Part shown: positions 35,102 through 43,514 of the stretch, piece by piece | Layout of the letters: every line of letters starts with the position of its first letter | How positions within the stretch are numbered: the first letter of the stretch is position 1 | IMG/VR virus record: IMGVR_UViG_3300036818_000131 | Span: 1 to 63,824 of that record | Source: a virus | Taxonomy: Duplodnaviria; Caudoviricetes | DNA length: 63,824 bases | Direction: 5' to 3' (one strand) | Notes under the pieces: model-generated | What the model saw: only the letters and a program-made list of their open reading frames with translations | Databases searched by the model: none | Told to the model about the DNA's origin: nothing | Position numbers and translations under genes: made by a program

Positions 35102-35548
35102 TCATGGCACCAGGATCTTGACGGGGATAACCGCCCCCCCCTGGCCGTGGTCGATATCGACGTCGCTGATCGCCTTGACCGTGGCGCCGTCGATATAGAC
35201 CGCCTGCACGAGACCGCCCAAGGTTTGCGTCTGGTGCACCGGGTTGTCGGGCATCAAGGCCGCCTCGACCGCGTCGATCAGCGGGTTGAGGAGTGTCGCA
35301 CCGGCGACATTCTGGTCGTTGTTGTAGTAGACGATGATCAGCCAGACTTCCCACCAGCGCTTGCGCAGACCGCGCTCGCTGCCTTCAGTCTTTTCGGGCT
35401 GCTCCCAGGTCATCAGGATCGGCGTGTTGATCGCCTCGACCGCTGACGGGCGGATATAGCGCCGCGTCGTCACTTTGAAGCCGGGCACCGTCGCGACCAG
35501 GTTGAAGAGCGCCTGGAAGACGGTCTCGCGGGTTGGCGGACAGACCAT
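35102..35548 (-). CDS. Tail terminator/completion protein
   Basis: TRE.VF.ALF, LN.L.DAVE.AL.PD, QTLGGLV, AVIPV.IL. Confidence 0.75.
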   Translation of the reverse strand: MVCPPTRETVFQALFNLVATVPGFKVTTRRYIRPSAVEAINTPILMTWEQPEKTEGSERGLRKRWWEVWLIIVYYNNDQNVAGATLLNPLIDAVEAALMPDNPVHQTQTLGGLVQAVYIDGATVKAISDVDIDHGQGGAVIPVKILVP

Positions 35549-35660
35549 AAATCGCCCTCCTCACCAGCGCACGAAACCGCGCACCGCTCGGGATGCGGTT
35601 GCCGAGCGCGGCAACGAGCGTGTGCATCGCGGTAAAATCGGCACTGAACATCCGCCCACT

Positions 35661-35735
35661 CCCAAATCAGGCGGCCCCAAATCAGGCGGCCCCAAATCAG
35701 GCGGCCCCAAATCAGGCGGCCCCAAATCAGGCGGC
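35661..35735. repeat. 15-bp tandem repeat x5
   Basis: CCCAAATCAGGCGGC five times; the last copy holds the stop codon of 35727-36212. Confidence 0.95.
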
Positions 35736-36212
35736 CGCGGCGAGGTCGCCGACGGTGCCGTGAAACGCCGCCATGATGTCGGCCTCGCGCTGGGTCAACG
35801 CCGAGCGCAGATAGGAGCGCTCCGGGATCCGCGTGTCGTGCGCGGCGGTATGCCGGGCAAAGACATCGCCGCCCCCCCCGTTGGCGCCACTGGGAACCCA
35901 ATGCAATGCCTGCGCGTGCACCGGAAAGATCTCCGGCGTGTGGATGGTGCCGCCATACTCGTGGATCCCCGCGTAGGGCGTGCCGCCGGCGGTGATGGTA
36001 CCGGTGATGACCTCGCCGCTATCGCTGAGCGCGGTCGAGATCTGCGCCACCGGGCCACGGAAGAGCCGCGCCATATTGGCGCGCGCGGTCTCGGCGACGA
36101 GCTCGGTGAGATCGCGCACGGTAGTGACGAGCCGCTGCCGGGTCGCGCCCGGCAAGCGGCCGAATTTGACGCGGAGCTCCTCGAGCCCCCGCCACTCGGC
36201 GGTAAAGCTCAC
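35727..36212 (-). CDS. Neck/virion morphogenesis protein (HK97 gp10 / Mu gpG-like)
   Basis: GLEEL, PYA.IHEYGG, IPERSYLRSAL. Confidence 0.8.
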   Translation of the reverse strand: MSFTAEWRGLEELRVKFGRLPGATRQRLVTTVRDLTELVAETARANMARLFRGPVAQISTALSDSGEVITGTITAGGTPYAGIHEYGGTIHTPEIFPVHAQALHWVPSGANGGGGDVFARHTAAHDTRIPERSYLRSALTQREADIMAAFHGTVGDLAAAA

Positions 36213-36580
36213 TTAGCCGGGCCCGCGGCCTGGAGGCCCAGGCCAATGCCTTCGAGCCGCTGCCGCTCGCGCTGCCGCTCGGGGTGCTGCCAGCACGATT
36301 GTTCCGGCCGCACCTCGGGCCAATAGGTGATGATGCCGTGCACGACGAGCTCGGGCGCTGATATCGGTTGGGCGCCGGCGGCGGTGAGAACCGGCCGCTT
36401 CGGCTCGGGCGGCTTGAAATAATAGACGGCCTGCGCTTTGGCCGAGTCTTCGCGGCAATAGAGCAGCCCGTCATCGGCGTCGCGCTCGGCGAACGGGCAA
36501 TTGCCGCATTGCGGCACCGTGCGGAGCGACTCCAGCGCCTGCTGCATCGGGATGTCGTCGGCCATCCCTGCGATGTTCAT
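36209..36580 (-). CDS. Hypothetical Cys-containing protein
   Basis: CGNCPF, YCR, WPEV...SCWQH. Confidence 0.6.
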   Translation of the reverse strand: MNIAGMADDIPMQQALESLRTVPQCGNCPFAERDADDGLLYCREDSAKAQAVYYFKPPEPKRPVLTAAGAQPISAPELVVHGIITYWPEVRPEQSCWQHPERQRERQRLEGIGLGLQAAGPAK

Positions 36581-36616
36581 TGCGATATACCCCCGTTCGA
36601 TCGGCACATTGCCGCG

Positions 36617-36646
36617 TTGACATTAAGCAAAACCGCGCCGTACCGT
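36617..36646 (+). promoter_or_regulatory. Sigma70-like promoter, probably giving a leaderless mRNA
   Basis: TTGACA-18 bp-TACCGT, 6 bp before the ATG at 36653; no RBS. Confidence 0.55.
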
Positions 36647-36652
36647 CGGCGC

Positions 36653-37105
36653 ATGAGCGAAGAACACTTGTCCCGCATCGAAGCCGCCATCGCCGGTGTG
36701 CGCGCCGAGATGGCGACCAAGGCCGATCTCGAAGCCGCCATCGCCGGGGTGCGCGCCGAGATGGCGACCAAGGCCGATCTCGAAGCCGCCATCGCCGGTG
36801 TGCGCGCCGAGATGACGACCAAGGCCGATCTCGAAGCCGCCATCGCCGGTGTGCGCGCCGAGATGGCGACCAAGGCCGACATCGACGGCGTCGCGAAGAA
36901 CGTCGATGTGGCGGCGCTCGGTCGTCTCGTGCAGCAATTGACGACCGATCAACTGGCTCTCAAAGACCAAGTTGCCGTTTTCTCGGCGCAGGTCAGCCAA
37001 CTGGTCAATCTTGTCGGCGGCTTCGGCAATCTGCTACAAAGGGTTGCCGAGCAGCAATTACGCCTCAGCGACCGCGTGCGGGAATTGGAAACCCGCGAAC
37101 CGTAA
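36653..37105 (+). CDS. Coiled-coil repeat protein (ATKAD repeats, DUF1640/CCDC90-like)
   Basis: Four 17-aa EAAIAGVRAEMATKADL units. Confidence 0.75.
   Translation: MSEEHLSRIEAAIAGVRAEMATKADLEAAIAGVRAEMATKADLEAAIAGVRAEMTTKADLEAAIAGVRAEMATKADIDGVAKNVDVAALGRLVQQLTTDQLALKDQVAVFSAQVSQLVNLVGGFGNLLQRVAEQQLRLSDRVRELETREP
36678..36879. repeat. 51-bp coding tandem repeat x4
   Basis: Near-identical TCGAAGCCGCCATCGCCGGTGTGCGCGCCGAGATGGCGACCAAGGCCGA units. Confidence 0.95.
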
Positions 37106-37119
37106 TCAATACCCCCTTA

Positions 37120-37986
37120 TCAATACCCCCTGGGCATTGCCGAAACTGGCGCCACCGCCCTGAATTGCTTCAGTGTGCTGGCCATCCAGGCGTTCATGTC
37201 CTTTTGGCTGTAAGTGACGCCGTCGCCGGCGGCGGTGCCGATATGATCGGCGGTGACACCGGGATGCTGGCGCTCGAGCTTGTAGCGGGTCGCCACCAAT
37301 TCGATGCAGGCCTGCGCGATCTCATACGGCACAGCCGGATAGCCGGCCTGGTAGATCAGGCTGACGCTGAGCGGCACGCGCGGCACGGGGTAGCCCGAAA
37401 TCACCAATTTGGTCGGCGTGTAGCTGTAGCCGATCGGCGGATAGAACCCGGTGATCTGCGGCATGACGATGCCGCCGGGTGCCGGACCAAACACGATCAG
37501 ATCGCTCGAGCCGACACCCGGGGCGGCGGCGTCTTGGTTCATCACCACCGTCGTCGCGGTCACCGATTGCACCGTCGTGTTGACCTGGATGGCGCCCGGG
37601 GTGGTGGGATCGGTGATCCCCATGCCGGCGATGATCCAGCTCGCAACCGCAGCGAAATTCAATGTCGGGTTGCCGGCCGCCGTCGTGCCGTTGGTGGTCA
37701 ATGTGCCGCTGGTTCGCGGGATCGGCGGAATGTTGACGCCGCCGACATCGACCCCATAGACCGCAGTGACCGGGTAATTGGCGAAGACAAAGGTGTTGCC
37801 GGCGAGCCCGTCGCGCAACTCGCTGTAATTGGTCAAGACGACGTCGCGCCCGAGATAGCGCGCGAGAAACGAGCTCGCCGCGGTGATCAATCGGCTGAGG
37901 ATCGCATCATCGGTCGTGCCAAAGGTGCCGCTCGTGTTGAGCCACGCCTTGACGTCAGCGAGGGTCGTCAGATCGCCAGCTGCCAT
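37120..37986 (-). CDS. Head-tail adaptor (gp6-like) with inserted Thr-rich domain
   Basis: DLTTLADVKAWL, DD..L.RLI.AAS, YPVTAV, Y.AGY..VP.EI.QACIELV. Confidence 0.85.
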   Translation of the reverse strand: MAAGDLTTLADVKAWLNTSGTFGTTDDAILSRLITAASSFLARYLGRDVVLTNYSELRDGLAGNTFVFANYPVTAVYGVDVGGVNIPPIPRTSGTLTTNGTTAAGNPTLNFAAVASWIIAGMGITDPTTPGAIQVNTTVQSVTATTVVMNQDAAAPGVGSSDLIVFGPAPGGIVMPQITGFYPPIGYSYTPTKLVISGYPVPRVPLSVSLIYQAGYPAVPYEIAQACIELVATRYKLERQHPGVTADHIGTAAGDGVTYSQKDMNAWMASTLKQFRAVAPVSAMPRGY

Positions 37987-38452
37987 GCGGCCCTCCCGGC
38001 AAAATCATGTTGGGCTCACCTATGGGGCGATACCCCGGTGCCCATGTCGCGCGCAGGCGCGTGCTGAGGCGCCCGCCTTGGCCGCGGTCTTGGCGAAACT
38101 GGATGAACTCGACGTCGGAGGCCGCAAACAAGCCATAGCCGGCGCCGCGCTTTGTCGCGATGGCGAAGGGACTGCCCTTCAGCGCACGGCGCAATTGCAT
38201 GATGTGGATCTTGAGCGCCTCGGTGCTGCCGCCGTCACCCGGGAGCCGCTCGGAAGCGCTCGCCAGGAAGTCGAACGGGACAAACCGCCCGAAGCGCTCG
38301 CGCAGCAATTGCAATACCCGCCACCACATCTTGGTCGTCCGGCGGGCCTCGCCATCCACGACAATGCAGCGCCGCGCGTCATCAAACGTCGGATGCAACA
38401 GCGGCTGTGGAGCACCCGCGTCGATCAACCCGCCACAATGCGGACATTCCAT
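37955..38452 (-). CDS. Zn-ribbon plus OmpR/PhoB-type winged-helix DNA-binding protein
   Basis: MECPHCGG; W.VL.LL..R.GR.V, LKIHI.QLRRAL, IAT.RG.GY.L. Confidence 0.7.
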   Translation of the reverse strand: MECPHCGGLIDAGAPQPLLHPTFDDARRCIVVDGEARRTTKMWWRVLQLLRERFGRFVPFDFLASASERLPGDGGSTEALKIHIMQLRRALKGSPFAIATKRGAGYGLFAASDVEFIQFRQDRGQGGRLSTRLRATWAPGYRPIGEPNMILPGGPHGSWRSDDPR

Positions 38453-38490
38453 CAGGCAATGCCCATCAGGCAATGCCCATCAGGCAATGC
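38449..38490. repeat. 14-bp tandem repeat x3 at a stop/start junction
   Basis: CCATCAGGCAATGC three times. Confidence 0.9.
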
Positions 38491-38851
38491 GTGTGCGAGA
38501 GGATTGCGCCATGCGGACATAGGGCGGGATATCCGACGGGTCATCGAAGATCGCGGTGTAACCCGCCTCGAATTCCGCCTTTGGGCAAATCGATTTGTCG
38601 CCGTCGCGGTAGAGCAGCCAGTAATCGCCGGGCACCGGCGTGTAGCGGGCGAACATGAGTGGCTCGGCGGGCAGCGGGCCAAAGCGCTGGTCGACGAAAT
38701 AGATCGCCGGCCCCGCAGCGGAATATTCGACCCGGGCGATCTGCAGCGCCTTCACTTCGTTGAACGAGCGGTATCTCGGGATCTCGGCGGACAACCCGTC
38801 GCCGCCGTGCAATTCCGCGCCGGGCGGCAGGCGGCCGGTTTGCCTGGGCAT
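38480..38851 (-). CDS. Conserved phage protein (PRY.S..EV.AL.I / GDY...Y.DG.KS..P..FE.GY family)
   Basis: Motif recognition; TAATG coupling to the GT gene. Confidence 0.65.
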   Translation of the reverse strand: MPRQTGRLPPGAELHGGDGLSAEIPRYRSFNEVKALQIARVEYSAAGPAIYFVDQRFGPLPAEPLMFARYTPVPGDYWLLYRDGDKSICPKAEFEAGYTAIFDDPSDIPPYVRMAQSSRTRIA

Positions 38852-39954
38852 TACCCGACCGCAGCCAATGTCGGCTTGCCGACCAGCATTTGCGACCACG
38901 TGGCGAGGCCCTGGGCATTATGCGTGGTCAAGGCCTTGAGCCCGTCCGCCGCGGCGTTCGGGTTGTGCAACAGGGCCACGCCGGCCGCGGCGATGTCGTT
39001 GGCGTCGTCGGAGGCCGCGGTCCATCGCGGCGGCACCCAATCGATCGCATCGGAGGTGACCGACGGCACGCCCTCGGCGACACCATCGGCGACGACCATG
39101 CAGAAACTCTCGGTATAGGACGGCTGGATCAAGAGATCCATGTGCCGCACGATGCGGCGGAAGGCCGGCCAGCTCTGCCAGCCCGATTGCATGATCGTGA
39201 CCCCCGGCAAATTCGCATAGAGCGCTTCGAGCGCGCGGGTGATCGTATCGCCGCCGCCCTCGGCGCGCCCCGAGGAGGTCCAGAACTCAAGATCCGCCTG
39301 CAGGCGGCCCGCCACTTCGAGTGCCGCCGCACCCGCGGTCAGGATGTTCTTCAACGGCCGCGTCGCGCCAAACGAGCCGATCCGCAAAATCTTGCCGGGC
39401 TGCCAGCGCTGCGCCACGGTGCGGGCGGCGCTGAGGTCGTACATATTGGGCAGCCAGCGCATCGGCATGTGGTAGACGTTGTGCCACCACTCGATCAATT
39501 TCTTGTTGTTGGCGCCGATTTTGAAATTGCCCGTGCTGGTCTGCAGATCCGAGTCCTCGCGCAACAACCGCACGCCATTGGCGTCGGCCTGCAGAAAGCC
39601 GACATTGCTATGCGATACGACGGTAAACTCGACATCGTGATATCGGCTGCACAACGCCATCAGATCGGTGGTCGGGATCCACGGCGCGCTGATCACGACG
39701 TGGCTCAGCGGCACCTGGCTCATCGCGAGCGTGCCCTTGCGGCTCTGTTCGATCTTTGCCACCAGATCGGCGGCCGAGGTGACCGGCCAGACCTCGGTCC
39801 AATAGCCCGCGGCGTTCAACATCCGCGCATTGGTCAATGCCGTCACGCCGAGCCCGATATGGCTGATGTGCTTGGCGGCGGCGAAATTCTTGTAGGCGAT
39901 CGCGAGGTGCGCCCGCTCGGGACTAGGGCGCACGGATTGTGGTGAGCTTTGCAT
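38851..39954 (-). CDS. GT4-like (GT-B) glycosyltransferase
   Basis: LPN.Y, IGSFGA.RPLKN, MDLLIQPSYTESFCMVVAD....GVP.V.S. Confidence 0.85.
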   Translation of the reverse strand: MQSSPQSVRPSPERAHLAIAYKNFAAAKHISHIGLGVTALTNARMLNAAGYWTEVWPVTSAADLVAKIEQSRKGTLAMSQVPLSHVVISAPWIPTTDLMALCSRYHDVEFTVVSHSNVGFLQADANGVRLLREDSDLQTSTGNFKIGANNKKLIEWWHNVYHMPMRWLPNMYDLSAARTVAQRWQPGKILRIGSFGATRPLKNILTAGAAALEVAGRLQADLEFWTSSGRAEGGGDTITRALEALYANLPGVTIMQSGWQSWPAFRRIVRHMDLLIQPSYTESFCMVVADGVAEGVPSVTSDAIDWVPPRWTAASDDANDIAAAGVALLHNPNAAADGLKALTTHNAQGLATWSQMLVGKPTLAAVG

Positions 39955-40093
39955 TGCTTGCAACCCCCCTTGGGTTGGCGACGGATGAGCGGATGGATCG
40001 CGAGTTGTCAGTCGGGCGCGAGTTGTGGTGACGGGCCAGCCCGTTAATCCCGAGAGCAAAGCATGCGATACTCGGCGCGAACTGGCCCGAAAC

Positions 40094-40342
40094 TCACTCG
40101 GGAATGGCGACGGCGCGGACGGTGGCGTCCTTGCTCTCCAAAAGTTTCCTGAGACAGACGGTGCGCTCCGGACCCGCCGGCACGATCTCGACGAGGTGAT
40201 GCGCCAATTCGGCAAACGGCTTCGAGACCGCCTGCAGATCCTCGCGCAGGTGCGCGTAGGCGAAAAACTTCAGCATGCGTTCCGGTGGTCGCCGCAATGC
40301 GCCGGTTGCGGCATCGCGGTCGCCGGGTGCATTCCCGTCCAT
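40094..40342 (-). CDS. Conserved phage helical-hairpin protein (start uncertain)
   Basis: LKFFAYAHL..LQAVSKPF..LA...P.GPERTV.LRKLLE.KD..VRA. Confidence 0.7.
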   Translation of the reverse strand: MDGNAPGDRDAATGALRRPPERMLKFFAYAHLREDLQAVSKPFAELAHHLVEIVPAGPERTVCLRKLLESKDATVRAVAIPE

Positions 40343-40476
40343 TTCACGTTCCGAAATCACCAAAGACCTCTCGTAAGCGAGCTCGGTTGCACGACGGCGG
40401 CGTTCCAGCGCCCGGTTCACCAGACGCCGTAGCCGAGCGGCAGGCGGAGTATTGATGTATTGCATTGCCCGGCACG

Positions 40477-40650
40477 TCAGACGCCGTAGCCGAGCGGGAG
40501 CATCGCCAAGAGATCGCGGCGCAGCTCGGCCTTGGTGTCTTCCTTGGCGAGGTAGGTCTTGTCGGCATGCGGCGAGTCGAGCTTGTCGGCGATCTCGCGG
40601 ATGCGCCGTGCCGCGTGCGCTTGGTCCCAGGCGGTCTGTGCTCCCGACAT
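40477..40650 (-). CDS. Small hypothetical protein (57 aa)
   Basis: Manual translation MSGAQTAWDQAHAARRIREIADKL...; AGGA RBS. Confidence 0.5.
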   Translation of the reverse strand: MSGAQTAWDQAHAARRIREIADKLDSPHADKTYLAKEDTKAELRRDLLAMLPLGYGV

Positions 40651-40653
40651 CGC

Positions 40654-41214
40654 TCAGCTTTTCCTGACCTTCGCCGCCGGTGCGGAAGCCGACGCGGCGA
40701 CCTCGGCCGCGATCGGCGGGTCTTGCAACGCCGGCTGCGGGCCGCCCAGCGGGTGGTCGCCCTCGGCCGGGAAGATGGTCGGGCGAACCGCACCGCCATC
40801 GCTCGTCTGCTCGCCCTTCGCGGCGGCCGGATCGGCGGGCGCCCCCTGTTCCCTGCCAGGATCGAGCTCGGCGATGTGCGCCCGCAGCATCGCGTTCGAG
40901 GCCTCGAGCTCGGCGATATAGAGCTCACGCGAGCTGGCCCCCGGTTCCCCGCCAGAGCCTGCCCCCCAGGGCCCAGCCTGGGGCGAAAGCAGGGGGGCAT
41001 GCTTCGGATCGGACGCCACGGCACCCGGTACGCCGACCATGCCGTGCGAGGAGGTCATCTCGCTGACCGCCTCGACCGGCAGCCAGTTGATGCCGCGCTC
41101 GTCGGGCGGAAACGAGAAGCCGTTCCACGACACCGCCCGCGGTTCGCCGTCGCGATGCGTCAGCGGCACCAGCGGGTGGGGCGTCTGAAAAATCACTGTT
41201 CCTGCGGTGTCCAT
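40654..41214 (-). CDS. Hypothetical protein with low-complexity Pro/Ala tail
   Basis: MDTAGTVIFQ...; AGGA RBS. Confidence 0.6.
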   Translation of the reverse strand: MDTAGTVIFQTPHPLVPLTHRDGEPRAVSWNGFSFPPDERGINWLPVEAVSEMTSSHGMVGVPGAVASDPKHAPLLSPQAGPWGAGSGGEPGASSRELYIAELEASNAMLRAHIAELDPGREQGAPADPAAAKGEQTSDGGAVRPTIFPAEGDHPLGGPQPALQDPPIAAEVAASASAPAAKVRKS

Positions 41215-41378
41215 GGATGAAATCCTGCGTTGTGGCAAAGATGGACGGCGACCTCGGGCGGCACGTCGACGAGCCATGGGCTGGCCGGGTCGGTGTGGTC
41301 GGCGCGAAACGGCGGGTAGGAGGTGGTGCCGTGCGAGATCGGCGCGCTCTCGGCGCCCGCCGGGAGGACGAGGATCAC
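41193..41378 (-). CDS. Small hypothetical protein
   Basis: GTGA overlap; MILVLPAGAESAPISHGTTSY...VDVPPEVAVHL.HNAGF. Confidence 0.55.
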   Translation of the reverse strand: MILVLPAGAESAPISHGTTSYPPFRADHTDPASPWLVDVPPEVAVHLCHNAGFHPWTPQEQ

Positions 41379-42085
41379 GGCTGCCCCAGCCCCAAGGCAC
41401 CGAGGCCCAAATGGCCGAGGCGCCGATAGGTGCGGCCATTGCGCTGCGCCCGGCGGCTCAGCTTGCCGTCGAGATCCTGCTTGACGATCTGCGTCCACTC
41501 GCCATTGGCGAGCTCGATCCCGAGATAGCCGCCATGCAACAGCGCCGGCGCCGGCTTTGTCAGATGCCGCATCGCGTCATAGGGCCCGTGGCCGCCGGTG
41601 AAATAGGCCGGGTAGCAGAAATCGGTGAGCCGCACGTGCGGCCAGCGCGGCTTGGTGTAGCCGTAGCGATCGGCCTCGACCGCGTCGCACACTTCCTGAT
41701 AGCAATGCAGTCGCGTGTGCGGGATCGGCAATATCGTGTTGACATCGGGGTCGCCGAGCATCTCGAGGAGCTCGTGCGTCGCGTCGACGGTCCAGGCTTC
41801 GCCGTACTGCATTGCATCGGCGGCGAACACCTTGCCCTGTGGCAACCCGCTGTCGTCATCGTGATAGCCGCCGGCGCCCGGGACATCGGTCACATCGAGG
41901 ATGTAGAGCGGCCACATGCCGACCGGGACCAAACCCCGCAGACCGGCAAAGTGCAAATTGGCACCGCGGCCCGGCCAATGCGACAGCCAGTCTTCGGCGA
42001 CCTGCGCCTGGAAGGCCGGGATCACCGATTGGATTTCGGCGTCGCTCAATACGGTCGAGCGGTTGACGAGGACGATATCGGTCAC
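41375..42085 (-). CDS. Zincin-like metallopeptidase-fold protein
   Basis: GA.GYH, THELLEML.DP, EVCD.VE, DF.YP.YF. Confidence 0.65.
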   Translation of the reverse strand: MTDIVLVNRSTVLSDAEIQSVIPAFQAQVAEDWLSHWPGRGANLHFAGLRGLVPVGMWPLYILDVTDVPGAGGYHDDDSGLPQGKVFAADAMQYGEAWTVDATHELLEMLGDPDVNTILPIPHTRLHCYQEVCDAVEADRYGYTKPRWPHVRLTDFCYPAYFTGGHGPYDAMRHLTKPAPALLHGGYLGIELANGEWTQIVKQDLDGKLSRRAQRNGRTYRRLGHLGLGALGLGQP

Positions 42086-42282
42086 GGGAATTCCTTTTCG
42101 TTCAGTGCCGCCAATGCGGCTTTGGTTTTGCTGATCTTGCGCATCGCCTCGTCGCGGATCGCGCGTGCCGCGCGGTTCTCCTGCAGGCGGGCGCGCTTCC
42201 AGGCGGCGTATTCGGGATTGGGGTTGCGCCGGTATTTGTGCGAGCGCGGATAAAGCGAGCGATCGTAGACACCATGCGGCAT
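42082..42282 (-). CDS. Small basic protein
   Basis: MPHGVYDRSLYPRSH...; overlaps the next start. Confidence 0.5.
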   Translation of the reverse strand: MPHGVYDRSLYPRSHKYRRNPNPEYAAWKRARLQENRAARAIRDEAMRKISKTKAALAALNEKEFP

Positions 42283-42370
42283 GGCTGACCGCCTATTTGA
42301 CCGGTTGTGGGGACGGCAAAACTCTCGGAATTCCGCGGTCACCGCGGTGTCCGCGGTGTGTGTGTGGACC

Positions 42371-42586
42371 TCAGATGTCTTGGCGGTGCGGGAAAGGCTC
42401 GCCGATACGGCACCGCGCGCGGTTGAATTGATAGCCCGGGTGGTTTTCGAGCCACTGTGCGGCGAGCTCCTGGCCGCGGATCGCACAGCCGGCCAAGCTC
42501 GTCTCCTCATCGGGGTAGATCTCAAGGCAGCTCTGCTGCGCTGAAGAGCCCATCAGGCAAAAGACGAGCGCGACATAGACCGGCAT
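42371..42586 (-). CDS. Small secreted Cys-containing protein
   Basis: Hydrophobic N-terminus, 4 Cys, A.W...HP motif; AAGGA RBS. Confidence 0.65.
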   Translation of the reverse strand: MPVYVALVFCLMGSSAQQSCLEIYPDEETSLAGCAIRGQELAAQWLENHPGYQFNRARCRIGEPFPHRQDI

Positions 42587-42611
42587 GCGACATTGTCCTT
42601 TTCTGCGGCTT

Positions 42612-42857
42612 TCACTTTTGCGTCGCGGTGACGGTGAGGCTTTGGGTCGAGCCGCAATGGCTCGGGTCGATCGCGTTCAGACCGACGACGATGACAGTGC
42701 CGCGAACGCGAAAATCGGCACTGTCGCCGCCAATGATCTGGTAAGTGATCGGGTTGCCGTTGCCGCCGCTCTTCAACACCGCCACGACGGTACCCGGCGG
42801 CGCGTCGCACGGCACCGAGGCGCTGAACAGCAACGTGAGCGCCGCCGCGGTCAGCAT
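42612..42857 (-). CDS. Small exported cadherin-like domain protein
   Basis: VPCDAPPGTVVA.L..GG.GNP.TY....D..DF.V.G; paralog of 42858-43211. Confidence 0.65.
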   Translation of the reverse strand: MLTAAALTLLFSASVPCDAPPGTVVAVLKSGGNGNPITYQIIGGDSADFRVRGTVIVVGLNAIDPSHCGSTQSLTVTATQK

Positions 42858-43211
42858 TTACGGCTGACTTGCGGTGATCGCCACGGTCGGTACCGACCCG
42901 CAATTGGCCGGATTGACGCCATTGGGGCCGACTATGACATTCGCCCCGGACACCGCAAAATCACTGGTGTCGCCGCTGCTCGCCGTAAACGTCGCGGGAT
43001 TGCCGGTGCCGCCGGTCACACTGAGAGCCGAAACCACGGTGCCCGGTGCGCTGGTGCACGGGATCGTCGGTGCGGCCGGGGTGAAGACGATCTGCAGCGG
43101 CTTCTGGATCGTGATCGAGAGGGTGCCGGTGACAGTGCCGGCGCGCGCATGCGCGGAAGCAGCACAAAGGATCAGCGCCGCAGTCAGCGCCGGGAATGCG
43201 AATTTCATCAT
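42858..43211 (-). CDS. Secreted cadherin-like domain protein
   Basis: Signal peptide ending AHARA; IPC..APGTVV..L.V.GG.GNP...DF.VSG. Confidence 0.7.
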   Translation of the reverse strand: MMKFAFPALTAALILCAASAHARAGTVTGTLSITIQKPLQIVFTPAAPTIPCTSAPGTVVSALSVTGGTGNPATFTASSGDTSDFAVSGANVIVGPNGVNPANCGSVPTVAITASQP

Positions 43212-43231
43212 GGGAATTCCTTGCAAAAATA

Positions 43232-43272
43232 GACCCGCCCCTGGCACGCCGCATCGCGCCAGGGGCGGGGTT
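43232..43272. other. Strong intergenic hairpin downstream of the capsid gene
   Basis: CCCGCCCCTGGC...GCCAGGGGCGGG inverted repeat. Confidence 0.6.
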
Positions 43273-43514
43273 CCGCCGGATTTTGCGGCCCGGCGGGGGG
43301 TGAAAATCAGCCGTTTGCGATGCGGTTCTCTCGGCGCAGAATGCGACCCGCTTGCGATGGAGCCAGAAGGCACAATCGGGTAAAGGTGCGCGGGCCATCG
43401 GCTGGTCCAATCAGCTGGTGGTCAAGGGTCAATGGCGGTGTTCGCTGCACCGCTGTTGACCCGGCCACTTAACTGACTGGAACGCCGATAGGTCAAGCTA
43501 CCCGATTGATTTGA

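Noticed and set aside
35661-35735. Possible CRISPR array (also considered 36678-36879 and 49919-49990)
   Set aside because: Head-to-tail tandem repeats with no unique spacers, and no cas genes in the window.
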